Shown: positions 25,098 through 37,212 of the stretch, one piece after another
Numbering within the stretch: the stretch's first letter is position 1
Layout: each line of letters begins with the position of its first letter
Assembly (NCBI GenBank): GCA_002633005.1
Contig: NMRA01000962.1
Location: forward strand, 11,672 to 75,671
Length of the DNA stretch: 64,000 nucleotides
Origin: Phoronis australis
Taxonomy: Eukaryota > Animalia > Phoronida
Reading direction: 5' to 3'
The notes under the pieces: generated by a model
Seen by the model: only the letters and a program-made list of their open reading frames with translations
What the model was told of the DNA's origin: nothing
Database searches by the model: none
Position numbers and translations under genes: made by a program

Positions 25098-27398
25098 GTA
25101 GCAGACCTTCTTTTATACATGTTTCATTGAAAAGTAAGCTGTTCTTTGCTTTATTTAGTTTGTACAACAAACTTTCGTAGTGTCTACACAAGTGTCTTTC
25201 ATCGGATGGTAGTTGATATAATAGATCGCCCAGTGTAAGTGGCATCACGAACACATATATATGAGTAAATATATAATAAAACTCTGTACAAAAAACATAT
25301 CATAATAAAACAGTAGCGGTACTTCGACTATACATCAGTCATCAAAATTTAAAAATCATAACGCTATCGTGTAAGATACATGAAACAAGAATTTTACAAT
25401 GACATTAAACACGAATATAAGGTTGCATACATAAGAGCGCAATTACAGAAGGAATTGTCATGGAAACTAATGTACTATGAAACGTTATAAAAATTTAATA
25501 AAATACATAGGTGTTTCAACTTATAGACATTATTTATACTGTATAACGACAAGGTATGATGAAACCCAGTATTTTCGGAATTTATGTCAGGAGTTTCAGT
25601 TTTTATTATTAAAGCTTCTAGTATTTTCAAACGAAATCAGTCAAGTTCGAAATACCTGACGATGGTATTGTCAACAATATCTGAACGAGAAATTTTCTGT
25701 TTGTGGAGTGTTTGGAAGTGATCTTTAATTGATCCATTCTGTAAATGCATAGATAACCGGCGAGATAAAGTGCAAGTTGTATAACAAACATACCTTGAGC
25801 AATCAGTGCTTGAACGAATACATTCGTTGTCGGGACAATTGAACTTATAAATCAAGTCAGTTTTGGCTACCACTCGGACAGACTTTGAGCACACATTGTT
25901 TTTAACAACAAGATCTTTAGTTTTATGGAACATCGATGGCAAACTGTATTTACAAACCAATGATGTATCCATGGGATCACCTCTCGGACCAACTTTTGCT
26001 GATTTTTACATGTGCAACATTGAAGCTAAGCTTATAGATAGTCTTCAGGAAAAGCCGAACATGTACTGCAGACATGTTGATGACATCTTTATGATTGTCA
26101 ACCATGATAAGCTGATGGAGATCAAACTCTCTTTAGAGCAAAATTCTGTATTAAAATTTACGTATGAATTACCAGTTAACAATAAACTACCGTTCTTAGA
26201 CGTGCTTATTGATTATGATGAATCTGGCATTAAAACCTCAGTATACAGGCAACCTACATATGATGGGGTTTGTTTACATGAAACTAGCCAATGTCCTCTG
26301 AGATATAAACTCTCTGTTTTGACAAGCTTTTTGAAAAGAGCATATTCCGTTTGTTCAGACTGGAAAACCTTCGACACTGAGTGTAATCGCGTTAAGCAAA
26401 TTATGATAAATAACGGTTACAGTAATAAGTTTGTTTATGAGAATATGAAGCTTTTCCTAAGCCAGTTGCAGAAGCCTGTGTGTTTAAAAGAAGGAAGTGA
26501 TTGTACCAAGGAAACTATTCTACCGTAACCAATTCCATTCACGTTATATTGAAGATGAACGAGTTTTAAATCGGATTATCCATAATAACGTTAAGACCGT
26601 TAAGACAGAAGACAGCTTTAAGTTAATTATATATTACCAAAACCATAAAACTAAAGATCTTGTTCTTAAAAACAATATGTGCTCAAAGTCTGTCCGAGTG
26701 TTAGCCAAAACTGACTTGATTTGTCAGTTCAATTGTCCCCACAACGAATGAATTCGTTTAAACACTGATTGCTCAAGGTATTTTGGTTATACAACTTGCA
26801 CTTTATCTCGCCGGTTATCTATGCATTTACAGAATGGATCAATTAAAGATCACTTTCAAACACTCCACAAACAGCAAATTTCTCGTTCAAATATTGTTGA
26901 CAATGCCATCGTCAGGTATTTCGAACGTTGTTTGAAAATACTCGAAGCTTTTATGATAAAAACTGAAACTCCTGGCATAAATTCCCAAGATACTGGGTTC
27001 CATCGTACCTTGTCGTTATATAAATAATGTCCATAAGTTGTAACACCTATGTATTTTTTAAAATTTTTATAACGTTTCATAGTACATTAGTTTCCATGAC
27101 AATTCCTTCTGTAATTGAGCTCTTATGTATGCAACCTTATATTCGTGTTTAATGTCATTGTTCTTGTTTCATGTGTCTTACACGATAGCGTTTACGATTT
27201 TTAAATTTATTTGCCTTTGTATAGTCGAAGTACTGCTACTGTTTTATTATATATTTACTCATATGTATGTGTTCGTGATGCCACTTACACTGGGCGATCT
27301 ATTATATCAAATACCATCCGATGAAAGACACTTGTGTAGACACTACGAAAGTTTGTTGTACAAACTAATTAAAGCAAAGAACAGCTTACTTTTCAATG
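25094..27398 (+). mobile_element. 5'-truncated Penelope-like retroelement with an inverted pseudo-LTR (fold-back)
   Basis: Left arm 25094-25928(-) is an inverted copy of right arm 26643-27398(+). Each arm holds the GIY-YIG 3' end, the UTR and the ORF N-terminus (MPLTLGDLLYQ...SLLFN). RT lies between the arms. Confidence 0.92.
25929..27027 (+). pseudogene. PLE reverse transcriptase C-half plus C-terminal GIY-YIG endonuclease (frameshift and stop)
   Basis: RT motifs QTNDVSMGSPLGPTFADFYM, YCRHVDDIF, FTYE and LPFLDV. EN motifs CPHNE*...YFGYTTCTLSRRLSMH...IKDH...LEAFMIK...IN. Confidence 0.9.
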
Positions 27399-27400
27399 CA

Positions 27401-27461
27401 ACATATATACATATACATATACATATATAAATATATATGTATATGTATATGTATATATATA
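27401..27461. repeat. TA-rich (TACATA)n/(TATGTA)n microsatellite at the right end of the PLE
   Basis: Directly visible in the sequence. Confidence 0.9.
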
Positions 27462-28189
27462 GCATCACTCGGGTAAAGCTCCGTGCGCAATGCTGTACTT
27501 CCACATGTCAACACAATGATATGCGTTTTTAAAAGTAAATAATAAAGTAAAATTGGATATTGTTGATATTTTTTCTAAATACATGTATGCTGAGTAGTTT
27601 TGCACCTGAACAGAATACTTAAACCACAAAAAAGTCTCGAATAAGCCACAATATATTTGGGATTAGGAAAGCAATAAGTATTATCAATGCATTACTCCTT
27701 TTGGTTACCTATTGCTTTATACCAGATGATGTTCTGTACCGTCAAATATGCTTGATTGTTTTAGCTCCATGATAATTTAATAATACTGTTATGGTGGGAA
27801 CCTTGCCCTGGTGTTTTGTTACCGTGTTAATCTGTCATTACTTTCTAAATACCTTCAATCATATTATTTTTCATTAGTTTTTTCTTCTCGCAATACGTTA
27901 TGTGTCATCAAACTGTTATTGATGTCGAGGTGTCTGTAAGTGAAAAACGCTGCACGACTCTTCGCTTAGATCGCGTGACTTCCCTTTTTACTAGGTACAC
28001 AACTTCGAGCCGCGTACTAACGAATGTCTAGTTAGCTACGAAAAGCTCATGCATCGACGTCAGGAATATTATTGAGCAGCGCCTTTTGGTCGATGGTCAG
28101 ATAGAGGTCAATCTACGACCAGATACTTATTTAAATTTCAAAGTCTTATTCACTAACAGGAAACTATTAGAAAACATAGATGAAAAGAA

Positions 28190-29245
28190 GAACGTCGACG
28201 GAACCGACCTAAGAGCGAATAAAATAGTCAACAATAAATAACTGCAAATGAACTCACAGTCCCTCTGACAACAGTATACAACAAACTATTGCAATCAGGA
28301 GAAATCCTAGGTCTTGGAAACTCAGAATAATGATACCTGCACAGAAAAAATGACTCAAAAACTGGCATTGCCAACTATCACCCTTTAACAATTCTTATCT
28401 CCTAATCGAAAATATTAAAAAACCTTGGCCAGCAAATGTTTAAGCACCACTCAGGACCTAAGGTACTATCTACAGTTCGGATTCATGCCTGATAAAAGCA
28501 TTGTGTCACAACTCGTTGAAATTGTGCACGAAATTCATCTGCTGTTTGAGCAACGTTCTAAAGTAAGGTCTATATTTCTAGACATTACGTCAGCTTTCAA
28601 TGTTGTTCCCCACGATCTGCTGCACAACACAAGTTGCAATCATATGGTTTCTCAGGCACTCTCTTCCAACTCTTACAGTCCCATCTCACTAATTTGTCGC
28701 CCTTACAAAATGCGGATCGGTGGAGTGCCGTCACCCTCGTTTTCGCCCGGCTTCGTTAATGCTGGAGTATCTCAGGGTAGAGTACTACGCCTTCTCCTCT
28801 TCTTATTTTAAATTAGTTATCTTCCGGACTCTATAAATTCTAAAGCCTTCTTATACACTGAAGACACCCTCAGCATTCCCTACAATTACAATCTGGGCTG
28901 GACAAACTCTCAGGATGGTCTCAAACTTGTATGGTGAATTTTGAACCTGAAAAAGTGTTGATTTAATATTTTCGAGATCTAACAGTACACAGAACACAGG
29001 CCATCACATAAATCCAATCTTTGATCTACCACTCGATGGAGAAAGTATTCCCAAATGACTCACACAAACACCATGGTGTATAGTTGGATGAAAAGTTCAC
29101 ATTAACATCTTACTGTCGTGAACTTATTCAAAATGTACAAAAGCTAATTAATGCAATCAAAATTGTTTCTCATCGTCTCAACACTGTGCATCTTGAAATT
29201 CTTTTCAAGTCTTATCAGTGTGCTCCCACCCCAAGATATCAATGA
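28190..29245 (+). mobile_element. Degraded CR1/L2-type LINE reverse transcriptase fragment
   Basis: QFGFMPDKSIVSQL...IFLDITSAFNVVPHDLL and AGVSQGRVLRLLLFLF match RT motifs of the CR1/L2 group. Many frameshifts; boundaries approximate. Confidence 0.8.
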
Positions 29246-29269
29246 TATCATTCACCAATCATAGAACGT

Positions 29270-31555
29270 ACTTACTTGTAAACATGGTGGTGTCTGCTAC
29301 CCAGCATCGTCGTCAGTTAGGAGTCCACCTTCATCGTGGGTTTCGACCTTGACCTATAACCCTCTGATTGTAGGTTTCTGAATGCTGATAAGACCTCCAG
29401 CCTACGCTGGGGTTACCATTTGTTTTCACGTTGTAACCACATCCACACGGTTGCGTCCTCCGCTGCTCTTATTGTAGACTTGAATATCCGCTACATGCTG
29501 CCTTCAATAAGCCCTCGACATCCAACTTCTTTGGGAAGACATAAGCACTTCCAGCCATTCGCTGCACATTCATGCGAAAGCTCTACGTACATGAGTAGTT
29601 TCCTCTCGTGAACCTCCAGCATTCCAGTCTCCCACGGCACAGTTAACTAAATCAAAATCACTATCTTCTTGCTGTCTGACCACAACACTTTGTCTGGTCT
29701 TAACTGTTTTACTGCAATATGGCTGGGGAATGAACCCCACTGACCATATCCGCTGCAATCTTCCAGTCGGCAGCCCTGCCTAGAACATCTAAATCGCACT
29801 TCTTAGTGAATATTCCGCCTTTGTAGAATTGAATTAATGCCTTGCCAGAGTTAGTCACACCCCTTCTCTCCAGATCTTAAACATGTGCAATACACTGTGT
29901 AACGGCGCCAGGTGTACTTTCCTGAAGTGAGAGCTTCTCTGCATTTGGATAGAGCGTGCTCTAAGGTACACCGCTTGCCACAGTCGTTGCAGCTGTTATT
30001 CTCAGTTTTTAGCTACGTTCTAAGATTGACAGGAGTTTGCAGAGTGTCATATATGAAGCCAAGTAGAAAACCCAATCTGAACTGGTCTGAAGACAGAAGA
30101 TCTTTACCAGTTATCCTTCTGCTGTACACTATTTCCCATGATGTCCATGCACCCTGTTTCGTCAGTCCGACTGCCTCAGTATATCTTCTTTCATTCTCCT
30201 GGGATCTAACTTCGTCCAGAACCATTTTGCGCCTCTCAATGCCTGTTGACGACTTCCATCTCCTCTCTGGAAGTATTCTCAATCCCTGTCTTCCATGGCA
30301 GAAGGTGACCACGATGTCTTTACGTTTTCTCTCCGCCTCCTCTACTGCTACAGCAGCCTTCCACGTTCTTCCGGAGTCTACCGATAATTCACTCTCTCTG
30401 ATCATTTCATCTCTCGAGTTCCGCAGAATCAGTAATGTTCTGCACTTCATCACCTTGAACTTCTCTACAATCGATGTCACTGATAGAGAAACTGCACCTT
30501 CTTTGATGTATTAGCCGAGTCTTTGAAAGCTTGGTGGGACACCCAACCACTTCCTTATAACCATCTGCTCACCATCCTTTCCATTTTCTCTGAAGTTGAA
30601 ATTGAGATCGTACATCGTCAGTGGCCACATAACATATGGGAAAAAACCAAATCGGTAACACGAGATTTAAATCTAAATCTGCTAGGGAGACCGCTCGTCT
30701 CAATCTTGGTCAAACTGTCATTAGCTCTGTGATGGCTGCCTTGAAAGGCTCCTCATCTTTCAAAGCCCTTCTGTAGGACTTCCCTAAGAATTTAACTGGT
30801 TTACTGCTCACATATGGAATGGCCTCTGATCCTATCTTGAACGCACATGTATGGTGTTGGTTGTCTTTTCCCTTCACAATCACAAGGCTTCGAGACTTTT
30901 CCACCTTGAAACTCATACGTGCCCAACTGGCTAGCTCGCCCAGTGTCTTGACCAACCAAGCGGCACCTACAGCAAACCCTGTTGTAATCGTCAAATAGTC
31001 CACAAATGTTCTGCAAGGTGGCATCGTTTTACCCTGCAACAAAGGCCCTCTGCACTCTTTACTAGCCCGCTTGGCTATAACATTCATAGCCATGATGAAA
31101 AGGATGATCGATATGGTGCATCTTGTCATTATCCCTTTCTTTAGTGGCTGCCAACCAATAGTGAAGTCATTGACTGTGAACCTCATATAAGTCCCATAGA
31201 AATAACTTAAAATGAGATCTAGAAGTTTTCTAAGAATATGATAGATCTCCGTTGCTAATTCGATTAGTGCATGGGGCATCGATCCATAGGCATTTGCCAT
31301 GTCCAACCGTACCACTGCTAAGTCTGTCTTGTTTCGCTTAGCATCTTTTATGAGCTCTATTATGGCGCTATTATGCTCCAGACACTCAACATATCCAGGA
31401 ATTCTACCCTTCCGTACCGAGACATCTACAAACTTGTTGCTCAGGGGATAACTCGTCATCCTGCTTGAAATGACTGCAAAATAGGACTTTCCCTCTGCAT
31501 GTACATCTAAAAGCGAGATGGGACACAGGTATACTTCACCAATTTCTGATGGCAC
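29270..31555 (-). mobile_element. 5'-truncated HERO/NeSL-like non-LTR retrotransposon (RT, CCHC finger, restriction-like endonuclease)
   Basis: LDMANAYGSMPH, WQPLKKGIMTRCTISIILF, MSFKVEKSRSLV, HGRQGL and QGAWTSWE. Zinc knuckle CNDCGKRCTLEHALSKC...YTWR at ~29900-30000. Degenerate RLE region at ~29480-29720. Confidence 0.85.
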
Positions 31556-34186
31556 CTACACTTGGTTTTACATAGACCTGAACAGATTTTCTTGAAACTT
31601 GATGAGGGCTTGTGCTACCCCTACATATGCACGAAGTCACCTTTGATCTTTCTGACACAAGCCTCGTTTTCGCTTTTATGCTGATCTTGCAAAAATGGCC
31701 TTTTCGACACTTATTTTAATAAAACAGCTGACAGAAACACATTTGATATTTTCGATAGACACACTGGCTCTTCAAATATTGAAAATTTTTGCGAATTTCC
31801 AGCGGGCTGATTTTAGCCATTTCCAATGAGAAAGATAGGATAAGATATACCATGTGTGAACACGAGACCAGTGTGATTTGATAAGCCTTCACTAGGTTAT
31901 GCGTGCTGAGAGCTTTTCTGTACACCGTGTGGGTCAGGTATGTTAGATGGCCTTGATTGCTTGTCCTGATGATGATGTTTGAGACATTGAAGCTTGTTGA
32001 AGTTGAAAAATTTCATTGTTTTCAATAACAATTTATTACATATGAATATCAAAAGTTGTGGTTAACATTTACTTTTACTGAGTACACCTTGCACTATTTG
32101 ACTGCTCAGATACAATTTTATAAGAAGAAATGCACAACAAATATCACGATTCGTTGACGTCATGTGGGTTTGGAGATCATTTTTAATTTAGAGGGTTTGC
32201 GACCATCGGAAGCCCAAGAAGGGGGGATCGTTACCTCCTTCTCTTAACTTTAGCGATTTTTCTATGCGGCCTGGTGACAACATTCACTTCAATATCGGTA
32301 GTGATGGGTAATGGAACAAGAGTGAAAGCAGTGATGATTGTGAGGTTCCGAGGGGTCGGGCGACTTTGGTCCCTCTACAAATTACAAAACGCAATTATTT
32401 TAATACAACTAGATCTGGGCATATAACACAGTGTTACTAAGATCAGGCCCTAAAATACACTATATTAGTATGTAACTAAGAAACATATAACTTTTACCTT
32501 TAACAGGCTTGGCTATGGGTTATGAAATAGTCTCGTTGTTTGTGATTTCCTTCTAAGAGTTGTGTTAGCGACAATACGTTTTAGCCTGAAGAAATGTAAG
32601 CAATATCTGCTTGAGTTATCTCAGCAGTCATGCATTAAAAGTCTCGTTTTCTACAAAACAACCAATTTTAAACAAAACAGCAGAAGCACCTTTAACGCAT
32701 ACAACAGTAACGCTATGGAACTCCGCTACCAAGTCTTTAACAACTTCAATAACAAAATGCGCTGTGTATTAATTAAGACGATATTTAATACTGTTATTGA
32801 CTACACTGATGTCAAATACTTCTAAGGAATCTGAAGAAGTTCTCTTACTAATAAAACGCAATGAGACAACGGATGGTTTTCATGGCAACAGTTTAGTCTT
32901 TGGCTTATTAACCTTGATCTTTTATCTAAACATCTAAAAGAAACACTTTATTTTATTATGTGTGGATGTAAGTTACTTTGATCTTGTGGTGACACCTATA
33001 GGCTAAATTAGGAATGTTCAGCCCACGTGTGTAACTGAGAATCAAGTCAACTCATTACTGGTTTATCTGAAGTCATGTTTGTAACGCTGAAAATGCTGGC
33101 ATGAAGCTAGTAACACTGACTATGAGAGTAAAATACAGAAAAGGGTGATAAAGATACAGCAAGTTTAGGTTACTCATCAAAACATTCCTCTTCACGTTGA
33201 TTGGTATCAAACACGTGTTCACTACTATCTAAGTGGATCTCCCACGTGATTTACGTTAAATGAAAGTTTGAGTTGACTTTGGAATGTCTTGTGGAGACCA
33301 TTGAATGATGCCCAGGGTTATGAACAGGGGCCGCACATGGAGGCGTCTCTCTGATTTGATTAGCGTTTTCTTTCGTTAAGAATGGAAGGATGACGTCGAG
33401 TTTAGTACTCTATGAAAGGGTACATACATGTGGTGTTTGGCTCCATTAACACTGGAGCTCTAAAGAAGAATGGTGTCAGTTAGGTTTGTTGGATTAAAGG
33501 GTAACTGTCAATTTTACAGTCGACAAAAGCTTTGACTAGTAATATAAAATAACTTAACCCGTTGCGTTTTTGTGACTTTTCTACAAATCGCCATTTTTCG
33601 CCGTTGTCTGTCAGACGTTCGCTGGTATCAAGGTCGGTGTATCTATCGTTTAAATACGTTTAAAATCCTTTGCTAATAGTTAACGTTGGGATTTGGCTAA
33701 ACCGCTGCTTATTGTGCACCATTGCTAATTTCTGTAAAATAATTTTTCTCGATGGCAAAGTCAATAAAATGATCAATTTGTTGCATGTAAAACCTACGAG
33801 AAACCCCGCTACAGTAGACAGAAGCCCTCAGCAGATCGTGTCACAGATGGGTTATCATCATGAGAACTCGAAAAGGCCGGACATCCTTACTTTCAAGGGC
33901 TCATTCAGTCAAAAATGGTGGAGTCATCACCCAACCCCTCACATGTGACTGTTTGGCATATTTCGACAGAAAAACTGAACAGTTTAATCACAACTATTCC
34001 TCAAACAAAAACATTAAAACAAGCTCTCTGAACGTTATGTTCAAAAGCAGTGGCACAGTATTTATACATTAGCCATAATGGAGTATATGCATTTATTTTA
34101 TATTTCAAAGAAGACTAATTCCTGATGTTGGACGCATCAATTATTATGAGTAAATTATTTCTGTGGTGTACATGTTTTGCATTTAA

Positions 34187-34431
34187 AAGGATACCAAACA
34201 CTGTTTTGGTGATTTCAACCAATCGCCGTTCTGTCATCTGCTAACGCATCATTTGCGTCCCACATGAGTGACTAAAGCAGGATTAAATTGAAAACTCATG
34301 CTCCCTATGTCACAAAGATGTTTTCAAATTTTGCTTATGAGGATTACATAGAATTATTTTGTTTCAGAAAACTGGATGGGAAGGTTGCTTTCAATATCTG
34401 ATACTAGGCCAAAATCGGATTTGGTATCCTT
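34187..34431. mobile_element. 245-bp Kolobok-type MITE
   Basis: Perfect 12-bp TIR AAGGATACCAAA / TTTGGTATCCTT flanked by TTAA on both sides (34183-34186 and 34432-34435). Confidence 0.75.
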
Positions 34432-37212
34432 TTAAGTATCAAAAACGATCGACAAAATGTGTTTACTTTTACAAATTTGAATCCAAGCTCAAAGACGGTC
34501 TTCACATTTTCGTAGACGCTAACACAAAAAGAAAACACACTGCGCTTTTAAAATCAAGTATACACCTGATAAAATAGTGTCAAAAATACCCAATGCCTTC
34601 GAAACGTTGAAACGGGACGATTTCAGTAATTCTTCATATTTCAAGGTTAACCTTATGTTGAAAATACATCAGATGTCAACTAAAAAAACATTTGCGCATG
34701 TAACAACGAAAGAGCGCTCTACTAAAGCCCGCATTTAAAATGTAGTCTAAAGATTGCCATTTCTGTACCGAACGTTACAACCTTATAATTCTCCGTTACG
34801 AATTGATCCTTCCGTTACAAATTGACACCTGCGTTGTCTTTTGTCCCCGCCGTTACGTTTTTGACTAAATAAATAAAAGGAAAAAGAAAGTGTCTAGTTT
34901 TATTGTTAATTCCAGTCAAAGAGACGTAAAACCACCGATGGTTACGGATTGTCGTGGATAAAACCCTAGTCATATAGGAGACAAATTGGCCCACCTAATT
35001 TCTAACGGACCCATTGGATCATTAAAACTATTTCCCAGCAGGTTTACCTTGTCATTTATACAACCCCTCTGGTCCTTTTTTAAGTTGCTATTAAAATATA
35101 AATTAATTAACAATACACTTAATTAGTTGACTAATTCGTGCAAAATGATAAGTTATTCCTGTGGTGCATTATTTATCTTTTGTTTCTGGCATAATCTTAC
35201 ACCATCAAAACCTGATGAAGGACTTTCTAATGATATGACTCTTACGTAATTCGGCTGAAGAACGGCTGAGTTGCGAAATGTGTTAGTGACACAGTAAAAT
35301 ATACACATTTTTTTCTTATGGACTTAGAGTTAAAATATATATTTGTTATTATTTGATGTCTATGATTTTGGTACTGTATAATAGCTCATGTGGTGCTCGG
35401 TCATGTGTATTTTATTTAAGTAAATTGTAAGCTTTTGAAATTGTTGTAATACATCTAGACTGACTTTTTCATTGTCTCAGTAAATCAAACCCATTGTATT
35501 GTTCTCTTCTCACCAGTGAAAAGTGAAGGGTAGAGTTTGTAGAGTTGTGGAAGGAAGCCGGGTTTCTGATAAAATATTTTTGTGTGTTCTGTACTTAGGA
35601 GTGAATGAAATTAAACACATATTTGAAAGATGACCTGATGAAATATGTAATGCGTAAGTAATTGTACGGTTAATGCTCCCTGTAGAACAGTGTGTTTTGG
35701 GACCCAGTGTGACGGCATGTCTACTCTTATTTCCGTGTCCAAATTGTGTCATCTGCCATAACACGTGATCACAAAACATCTAAATTTGTTGTTATCATGA
35801 CCTATTTTATATACACCGATGTGTCACTTGTACGTTCTTTAGCTAGATAGCTCGTGTTCATTCAGTTCAATAGTTGCACTTAACTCTGACGGTCAAGTCG
35901 TGTTTGTGTTTTGCTCTAAAAATTGTTTTTCCACCCTTTGCCCTACATTGCAGCTTTCGTCGCCAATCATTTTTCTGTTAGAAAAACAGTTTTGAAAATG
36001 GTATCACTTATCTTACAATAAACATCACAACCACATTTTCTGTTTTCGAGCTCCTATAACGTAGCTCAAAACACCGCACCATTAACCATTAAATTATTTT
36101 CTTCGCACGAGTTTTAGTTGTTTGTTGCGCTACACGGGATAAATATATGTTAGGACCCGTTTTGTAAATGTCATTGCAACCTGAATTTTTACTGAAAAAA
36201 AATGTATTCACACCAAACAGCAGCAAAGTTCTAAATGATTTATAGGCTAAACTTGTATAATTTTGGATTAATGCCTGACTACATTCATCACAGCAGTTGT
36301 AGGGCACCCGTATCCTAAAGTCTTTGTCTTTATTGCCTGGTTGTAAAACTATATTTTTGTTATTACTGGTCATAGGTATTCGTATCAGAGTTGGTGCGTG
36401 ATAATGCCTATATATTTTAAGGAAATTGTAAACTTTCGAAATAATTGTAATACGTCTAATTGACTTAAGTTTACGCTTTATCAGTTAGGCAGCGGCTGTA
36501 GGCCGAACCATGACCGGCATTCGAAATCGCCGAATCCCAAGCAGATGATCCTCTGTTTGACAATGTTTGGGGGTCATGACACTGTAAACTATTCCACAAA
36601 ATATAAATGGAATTTGTTTGAAAGAAGTTTTTGTAACAGTAGTTCTAAACGCCGGGACAAGCGAACCAAACAACTACCGACGCGCGCGCGGCGAAACCTC
36701 AGCCGCGCGATTGACATTTCACTCCTGGAGATCTATGGTCTGCAGTGACCAATGAAAAGACGCTATTTTTGGGAGACTTGCACATTTATTTTCGCCGCAA
36801 GGATCAGTAGACAAAGTGGGTCACTCCCGCCGGTGGCTATCTCCCGTGCATTGGACTGTGGCTGTTGATTGGAGTTTTCGAAGTTTGCATTAACAGCCAG
36901 GGGGTTCAGGGGTTCGATCGAACCCACCCCCCGCGGAAAAGGTCCAGCTATTGCCTATCCGATAGAATAAGACAGGATATAGATGGACAACAACAACAAC
37001 AACAAAACTGTTGCGGCTACTAGCGCTACTAACCACGAATTCCTATGCCAAATGACGTCGTATGGATTTTGCAAGCTATTATTTAACTTGCGAGATCCAT
37101 GTGACGGGCGTCACATGGTTATCGCCTACGGGACGCGTTTCCCTTCTTTTAAATTCAGTACACGCTGATGGTAAGTTCACTGACTACTCTGTCGTTTCTC
37201 GGAAACCAGACA

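Noticed and set aside
26749-26751. In-frame TGA at a Cys position of the PLE endonuclease as selenocysteine (known for some Naiad PLEs)
   Set aside because: The inverted arm has TGT at this codon, the ORF has other lesions, and no SECIS was recognised. A nonsense mutation is simpler.
29305-29350. Permuted hammerhead (GAAAC...CTGACGA) in the HERO-like 3' UTR
   Set aside because: Stem II cannot close (C opposite C) and no stem III or cleavage triplet is evident.
31966-31997. CTGATGA-T-GATGT-TTGAG-ACATT-GAAG hammerhead-like string
   Set aside because: It has GAAG instead of GAAA, no stem I or III, and no recognisable PLE context.
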